Of a DNA stretch of 64,000 nucleotides, positions 58,374-64,000 are shown piece after piece. Numbering within the stretch: position 1 is the stretch's first letter; the number at the start of each line of letters is the position of its first letter. A program made the translations under genes and the position numbers. The DNA is taken from the NCBI GenBank assembly GCA_043821645.1, contig JBDRCO010000081.1, positions 32,484 through 96,483 of the forward strand, read 5' to 3'. This DNA comes from Pseudomonadota bacterium (GTDB lineage: Bacteria > Myxococcota > JACRCW01 > JAFGSX01). The notes under the pieces are model-generated. The model ran no database searches. It had not been told where the DNA came from and was given only the letters and a program-made list of their open reading frames with translations.

Positions 58374-61300
58374 TGCGGCAGCGAACACCTCCCCTTCGCT
58401 GGCCTGGCCTCGCCCTGGCCTGCGGTGGCCTGTTGGCCGCGATCTTTTTCCCCACGGCGGCCAGGGCCGGTCTCGCCCAGGTGGGAGTGCTGCAGGACCC
58501 CGGGCTCGAGAGTCCCGTGGGTGCTGTGCTGAGCCCGGACGGGCGGCAGCTCTATGTCAGGTCCGGCAGCAACATCGTGATCCTGGGCCGCGATCCGGCC
58601 TCTGGTGAGCTGAGCCTTGAGCCCTTCACGGGCGCGCCAGGTCAGGTTTCGACCGCGGCACCGGTGAACGTAGCAGGGCTGGCGCTCAGTCCGGATGGCC
58701 TGCACGCCTACACGATGCTCGGCACCCAGACCAGCGTGTATGGACGCGACCCTGCGACGGGTGCACTGACCCTGCTCAGCCGGCATGACTATCCAGGGGC
58801 TGGTAGCTTGGCATCGGGGTGCTTCACCCTGCAGTTCAGCAACGATGGCCTCTTTGGCTACTGCCACACGTCGTACACCATCAACGTCTATGTCCGCGAC
58901 CCGACGACGGGGCTGCTCACGTACAGCAGCCAGGCGAGGGAAGGCGTGGACGGCGGACTCGGCACCGCGGGTCAGGTGCTGCTCAGCCCGGACCAGGCCT
59001 TTGTCTATGCCAGCGACGCGGCGGGCAGGAAGCTCTCGGTGTTTGCCCGGGACGTCGGCAGCGGCGCTCTCACCCAGCTGGAGACGCTGACGCTGCCGGT
59101 GGCGCCTAACTTGAGCCCCAAAAGCATCGTCCTCAGCGGCGACGGCAAACATCTGTATGCATCGGCCAACGGCTATACCAACACCCTCGATACCAACGTG
59201 GTGAGCTACTCCGTCGATGCGATCAGCGGCACGCTGAGCCACCTCGCCACCTATACGGCCGCCGACTTCGGAGCGCTGCCCTACGTCGTCAACCTGCTGC
59301 CATCCTCCGACGGCAGCTCGCTGTACGTGGCCCACTACGGTGGTTTGATGCAGCTGCATCGCGACGCGGCCAGCGGCGCCCTGACCGCCGTCGAGACCCT
59401 GAGCGACACGAACCTGCAGGCCACTGCCTCCACGGTTGTGCTGGTCGCGCCACCGGAGACCGACCAGCTGTATTTCCTTTCTAGGAACCACGACATGGTC
59501 GTGGCTCTGCAGCGCGCGGCCGGTAGCGGGCTGCTGGCGGTGACCGACACCGAGGTCGGCGGGACCGACCTGCCCTTCGCCGAGCTGTGGCAGCACGCCT
59601 TCTTCCTGGCCGGTGACCGCCTGGTGACCTTGAGCAGCGACCACGGAACGGACTGGCTCTGTGTGCTGGATCGCGAGGTCGACAGTTTTGCCCTGCTCAA
59701 CCCGCTGTGCATCGATCCCCAGGCCGCCTCCTCGACCCTCGCCACCAGCAGCTCGTCTCGCATCGCCACCAGCCCCGACGGACGCACGGTCGCGGTCAGT
59801 GAATACATGAACGGCGAAGTCGCCACCTTTCGCCTGGACCCCGCAGCCCCAGCGCTGAATTTTGTGCAGGCCACCCTGGTCGGTCCCGGGCGCGTGAACG
59901 CGCTGGCGTTCTCCGACGACGGCAGGCAGCTCTACGTCGGGGCCACGAACGAAATGAGAGCCTTCACCGTCGATCCCGCCACCGGGCAATTCACCGCGCT
60001 GGCCAGCTACGTCGATGGTGTGGCCGGCTTCAGCGGCATCGCCAATGCGTCCACTCTTGCCCTGGCGCACAACGGGCTCGAGCTGCTGGTGCGAGGTCCC
60101 GGCGGTTGGGTGCGCTTGCAGCGAAACCCGGCCGACGGCACCGTGCAGCCCCTGAGCCCCCTGACCGTCGACCGCGCGGGCAACGCCCTCAGCTTCCCGC
60201 TGAGTTACGCTCTGACCAAGGACCTGGGCGGCCAGCACCTGGCGCTGTACAGCGTCAACGACGACGCGATCGTGACGCTACGCTGGGGCAACGGCGGCTG
60301 GCTACACCAGGATACGCTGAGCCTGGCGCTGCCCGTCCGCGACCCGCGCGCTGCGGCCCTGAGCGACGATGGGACCTTGCTGATGTTTGTGGCGGACAGC
60401 ACCACGGCCGGGGTGCCGTCACTCCTGCAGAGCAAGCGCCGCATGAGCGCCGACGGCCCGGTGACGAGCGGCGGCAGTCTGGTCAACGGCCTCAGCGAGG
60501 TCGACATCGCGCTTGCACCGACCACGCGCTACGGCTACTCCCGGGCGAGCAACGGCCTGGTCATCTACCACGACGTGCCACCCCCGCCGCCCCCTGTCGC
60601 TGTGGACGACGCGGTGATCGTGTTCCAGGGCCACGACCTCAGCCTGAACGTGCTGGCCAACGACAGCTTCGACCCGGCAGCTCTGTCCCTCGTCGATTAC
60701 TCCGGAATCTACGGCGCCATGCCGCCAGGTACGAGCCTCAATGTGGTCGAAGACCTGGCCCAGGGCGTGCTGCGCTTCGAGCTGCAGCACCCCGTGGGCT
60801 ACGGCGGCGACTACCGTTTCGACTACAGGCTGTACAACGCCGACGGCGCGTCGAGCCTGGCCACGGTGACCATCTACGTCTGGTCCAGCCCGCCGGTCGA
60901 CAACAGCCTCGACGTCGTCACCACGGTGACGGATGAACCGGGTGGTGGACCCGCCGGGGATCCGGACCAGGTCGGCCGCCCGGGCAGCTCGGCCGACGGC
61001 GCCGACACGGCCTGCGCCCTGCCCAGCGTCGAGGTCTGCCAGGAGGCCGACTACCTGCTGTCGAGCTGCGGCCAGGACGCGCTGTACCAGGTGATGTGCC
61101 GCGACCTGCTGGCGGCCGAGGCGCAAGCGCTCACCGCAGACCTCGCCGTCGAGACCGTGGTCAGCGCTGACGGCAACGGCACCGTCGAGGCGCGGGTGGT
61201 GCCCTACAGCAACAACGACCACCGGGTGACGGGCATGGAGGGTCTGTACAACGGTCGGGTGCTCAAGAACCGCATCGCCGCGGGCAGCGACCGCACCACC

Positions 61301-64000
61301 AGCCGCAACCTGCTGGATGCACGGCACCGCGACTGGCAGGACAACTGCGCGATCTACAGCTGCGACGAGTACGTGTACGAGAAGTACTTCGACTACGAGA
61401 ACTTCGAGCTGGCCATGGCGGCCCTGGGCGACGATCCGCGGGCGGTCTTCGAGCTGGCCTACGACGGCAGCCTCGACGTGGCGCCCATCGCCAACCAGAC
61501 CCTGCGACAGCTCGACGGCACCCCGTCAACGCAGATCCAGTTCTCGGTACTCGAGCAGGCCCGAAACGCCTACTTCACCTTTGACCCGCAGCCGCGGGTG
61601 CTCGACGCCGCGGCGCTGTATGAGACCCTGACCCGACCGCTGCCCGACGGCAGTGACGACGGTCTGCAGTTCCCCTTTGGCCTGCCCATCTTCAACTGGA
61701 ACGTCCAGGTCGACAGCGCCGGGCAGCCCTTGCTGGATCGTCTCGCCGGGGCGCCGGGCTACATCCATGGCTGGGCCTTCCACGAGAACGCCTCCACCGC
61801 GCTGGCCAGCGGCGGCTACAGCGACGACCTGCTGCTGACGCTGGACGACGCCCAGGATCAGTTCCGCACGCGGATGGCCCTGCGCCAGCGTGTGCTCGAC
61901 GAGGTCTACGGCTCCCTGCTGGTCATCGCCTACAACTACAACGAGCTGGTGCAGAGCGACGCCCTCGACGAGCACAGGCGCCGCATCGCCGGCATGAGTG
62001 GTGGGCCCGCCCAGGGCCCGGGCTTTGATCTGCTGGCGAGCCAGGACACGGTGACGGAGGTGCGCGCGCAGCGTGTGCGACTGATGCAGGCGCTCGAGGA
62101 CCTCGCCCAGGTCGAGGCGTCCCTCCGGGATGACCTGCTGTCTGCCGAGGCGCAGGGATGCCTGGAGACCAGCGGCTTCACGCCCTGCGACTGGTCGCCG
62201 CGCATGCTGGTCGAGGAGCTGAGCGACCACTTCACGTCGGAGCGCGAGGCCGACTTTCAGACCTGCCTGCTGCGCACCGGCGACGACTTCAACCGCGCCG
62301 CCGACTCCGGCTGGCTGCTCGAGCAGGAGGAACAGTTGCACTTCTGCGCGGACGGCACGCGCTGCACGGTGCGCGCCAGCCACATCCGCTCGGTGACCAC
62401 GCTGGAGGAATACTTCGCCGCCCTGCAGGCCTGGGTCGAGGCCCTGGCCCTGCCGCGCGATCCCGAGACCGGCCTGCCCATGGTGGCCCAGTCGGGCAGC
62501 GACAGCGGCGGTGAGAGCGCCGGCATGTTCGGCATCGAGTACGACTTCGACTTCGGCTGGCGCGCCACCGACTTCGTCGACGACCTGTGCAGCACCCGCA
62601 TCTCTGCGGTGGGCAACCTGGACGTACACACCAAGGCCTTCGGCACCTCGACCCGCAGCCTGGGCGTGCCGCTGTTCGGCGCCGACCTGAGCCTGTCGTC
62701 GTACCAGAGCGGGCCGCTGGCCGCGCGCATCGACGCGGCGCTGGCCCTGGAGGTGCTGGGCATCGACCTGGCCGTGCCGACGTTGCAGGGCGAGGCCAGC
62801 ATCAACATCATCGACGGCCCGGTCGAGACCATCGAGCCCGTGCCGGCCCAGAGCGTCACCATTCTCGTGGCCGGCATCCCGCTGGTGATCCGCGGTGGGG
62901 TCAACGGCTCGGTGGGCGCCAACATCGATCTGCAGGCCGACGCCGACGCCTGCAGCAGCACGGACCAGGGCCTGCGGCTCGGCATCGTCGGCCGCTTCGA
63001 GCCCTTCGCCCGCGCCGACGCCTACGCCTCGGTGGCGCTGGACGTGGTGCTGGCCGAGGCCGGCATCCGCACCGACCTCAACCTGGTCACGCTCAGCCTG
63101 CCCTTCACCACCGACCTGCTGGTGGAGCTTGGCAGCGACGAGGCGCGGCTGGTGGTGGGCTCGGATCTCGACGCCACGCTGGGGCTGCTCGACGGCCGGG
63201 TCTCGGCCTACGTCGAGATCCTGGGCGAGGACTATGTGCGGCGCATCTTCGGCTGGAGCGGCCCGAGCTGGACCGCCAACCTGATGCACTTCGGCTACAC
63301 CTATCCCCTGGACCCCCTGGCCGCGGCGCTGCGCACCAGCGTCGCGCTGCCCGCGGATCCGCCGCTGCAGGTCAACCCGCGCATGTGCACGGACACCTGC
63401 TACGATGGCGTGCAGAACGCGGGCGAAACCGGGGTCGACTGCGGCGGCACCTGCCGGCGCGATTGCCCCATCTGCGAGCAGGGCAATGAGCTGCTGGTCA
63501 ACGGCGACTTCGAGCAGGGCGGCGGCGCGGCAGGTGCCGCCAACCTGCTGCCGCAAGGCTGGCAGGCTGTCGGGGCGCCAGCGCCGGATCTGTTCTCGAC
63601 CACCGGTGACGTCGGGCTGCTGCCTTCGGGCGCGGATTTCTATCGCGCCTCGGCCTACAGCGGCGCGCGCTTCGTCGGCGCCTCGGGCGACGGCAACGAG
63701 AGCTTTGCCCAGCAGCTCGCCACGCCGCTTGCCAGCGACCAGAGCTACGGGATGGTCGGCGCCATCCGCCAGCCCACGGCCAGCGGCCGCAACGCGCCCG
63801 GCGGCTTTGCCCTGTGGCTGTCGACGAGCAAAAGCCTGAGCGGCGCGCAATGGCTGGGTACGGTCGACGCGACCATCAACCCGAGCGACGCCCACCCCTG
63901 GGAGCGCCGCACGCTGTTCTTCACCGCGCCCACCGGCGCCGAGACCATGCCCTGGCTGCTGATCGCACCCATAGGCGCCTACGTCGGCATCGACGGGCTG
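58370..64000 (+). CDS. Very large secreted protein (>1,877 aa, 3'-truncated): lactonase-type beta-propellers, Ig/cadherin-like domain, helical Cys domain, beta-rich domain, Cys repeat, CBM-like domain
   Basis: ATGA overlap with the previous stop. MMRQRTPPLRWPGLALACGGLLAAIFFPTAARA signal peptide, repeated LSPDGxxxY blades, VLANDSFD, TCYDGVQNAGETGVDCGG and ELLVNGDFEQ. The same frame is still open at 64000 (..YVGIDGL), so it is absent from the ORF track. Confidence 0.88.
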   Translation, partial: MMRQRTPPLRWPGLALACGGLLAAIFFPTAARAGLAQVGVLQDPGLESPVGAVLSPDGRQLYVRSGSNIVILGRDPASGELSLEPFTGAPGQVSTAAPVNVAGLALSPDGLHAYTMLGTQTSVYGRDPATGALTLLSRHDYPGAGSLASGCFTLQFSNDGLFGYCHTSYTINVYVRDPTTGLLTYSSQAREGVDGGLGTAGQVLLSPDQAFVYASDAAGRKLSVFARDVGSGALTQLETLTLPVAPNLSPKSIVLSGDGKHLYASANGYTNTLDTNVVSYSVDAISGTLSHLATYTAADFGALPYVVNLLPSSDGSSLYVAHYGGLMQLHRDAASGALTAVETLSDTNLQATASTVVLVAPPETDQLYFLSRNHDMVVALQRAAGSGLLAVTDTEVGGTDLPFAELWQHAFFLAGDRLVTLSSDHGTDWLCVLDREVDSFALLNPLCIDPQAASSTLATSSSSRIATSPDGRTVAVSEYMNGEVATFRLDPAAPALNFVQATLVGPGRVNALAFSDDGRQLYVGATNEMRAFTVDPATGQFTALASYVDGVAGFSGIANASTLALAHNGLELLVRGPGGWVRLQRNPADGTVQPLSPLTVDRAGNALSFPLSYALTKDLGGQHLALYSVNDDAIVTLRWGNGGWLHQDTLSLALPVRDPRAAALSDDGTLLMFVADSTTAGVPSLLQSKRRMSADGPVTSGGSLVNGLSEVDIALAPTTRYGYSRASNGLVIYHDVPPPPPPVAVDDAVIVFQGHDLSLNVLANDSFDPAALSLVDYSGIYGAMPPGTSLNVVEDLAQGVLRFELQHPVGYGGDYRFDYRLYNADGASSLATVTIYVWSSPPVDNSLDVVTTVTDEPGGGPAGDPDQVGRPGSSADGADTACALPSVEVCQEADYLLSSCGQDALYQVMCRDLLAAEAQALTADLAVETVVSADGNGTVEARVVPYSNNDHRVTGMEGLYNGRVLKNRIAAGSDRTTSRNLLDARHRDWQDNCAIYSCDEYVYEKYFDYENFELAMAALGDDPRAVFELAYDGSLDVAPIANQTLRQLDGTPSTQIQFSVLEQARNAYFTFDPQPRVLDAAALYETLTRPLPDGSDDGLQFPFGLPIFNWNVQVDSAGQPLLDRLAGAPGYIHGWAFHENASTALASGGYSDDLLLTLDDAQDQFRTRMALRQRVLDEVYGSLLVIAYNYNELVQSDALDEHRRRIAGMSGGPAQGPGFDLLASQDTVTEVRAQRVRLMQALEDLAQVEASLRDDLLSAEAQGCLETSGFTPCDWSPRMLVEELSDHFTSEREADFQTCLLRTGDDFNRAADSGWLLEQEEQLHFCADGTRCTVRASHIRSVTTLEEYFAALQAWVEALALPRDPETGLPMVAQSGSDSGGESAGMFGIEYDFDFGWRATDFVDDLCSTRISAVGNLDVHTKAFGTSTRSLGVPLFGADLSLSSYQSGPLAARIDAALALEVLGIDLAVPTLQGEASINIIDGPVETIEPVPAQSVTILVAGIPLVIRGGVNGSVGANIDLQADADACSSTDQGLRLGIVGRFEPFARADAYASVALDVVLAEAGIRTDLNLVTLSLPFTTDLLVELGSDEARLVVGSDLDATLGLLDGRVSAYVEILGEDYVRRIFGWSGPSWTANLMHFGYTYPLDPLAAALRTSVALPADPPLQVNPRMCTDTCYDGVQNAGETGVDCGGTCRRDCPICEQGNELLVNGDFEQGGGAAGAANLLPQGWQAVGAPAPDLFSTTGDVGLLPSGADFYRASAYSGARFVGASGDGNESFAQQLATPLASDQSYGMVGAIRQPTASGRNAPGGFALWLSTSKSLSGAQWLGTVDATINPSDAHPWERRTLFFTAPTGAETMPWLLIAPIGAYVGIDGL

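Noticed and set aside
58343-63895. Long minus-strand ORFs (58343-60238, 61526-63895) and similar ones elsewhere (939-2687, 13587-15944, 17256-19544, 23072-25396, 25534-27456, 43996-45981)
   Set aside because: These are antisense shadow ORFs of real genes, expected in high-GC DNA. They carry no recognisable motifs.

Overview
GC-rich chromosomal window that looks like Myxococcota. This is inferred from a MYXO-CTERM tail, a FrzS-like protein, a Ser/Thr kinase plus FHA-sigma54 activator pair and many Cys/Asp-Ala-Gly-rich lipoproteins. I found no rRNA, tRNA, CRISPR array, integrase or transposase. From left to right: (1) secreted proteins and lipoproteins, including an amidohydrolase/TSP3 lipoprotein that has lost most of its metal ligands; (2) a kinase and FHA-sigma54 activator divergent from a lipoprotein whose promoter has three phased 18-bp palindromes and a -24/-12 element; (3) an SDR + dnaE2 module bracketed by two 87-bp direct repeats with compensatory base-pair changes, where dnaE2 carries an ~89-aa in-frame insertion made of repeat DNA; (4) protease and hydrolase genes, a Ser/Thr kinase fused to a PhnD-like sensor, and a frzS-like operon ending in an ArsC/LMWP-PAS-sigma54 activator; (5) an uncharacterised surface locus with a frameshifted His1/FN3/PKD MYXO-CTERM protein, an ankyrin-Ig protein sharing a paralogous domain with it, a membrane-anchored PQQ-type propeller and a NapH-like 4Fe-4S protein; (6) a ~21-kb surface-glycan locus (three radical SAM enzymes, DegT, DUF362, GT2/GT4, two GT-C enzymes, wzm/wzt); (7) a K+ channel, a lipoprotein and a >1,877-aa secreted protein that runs off the right end and is missing from the ORF track. 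All calls come from reading motifs by eye; no database searches were run.
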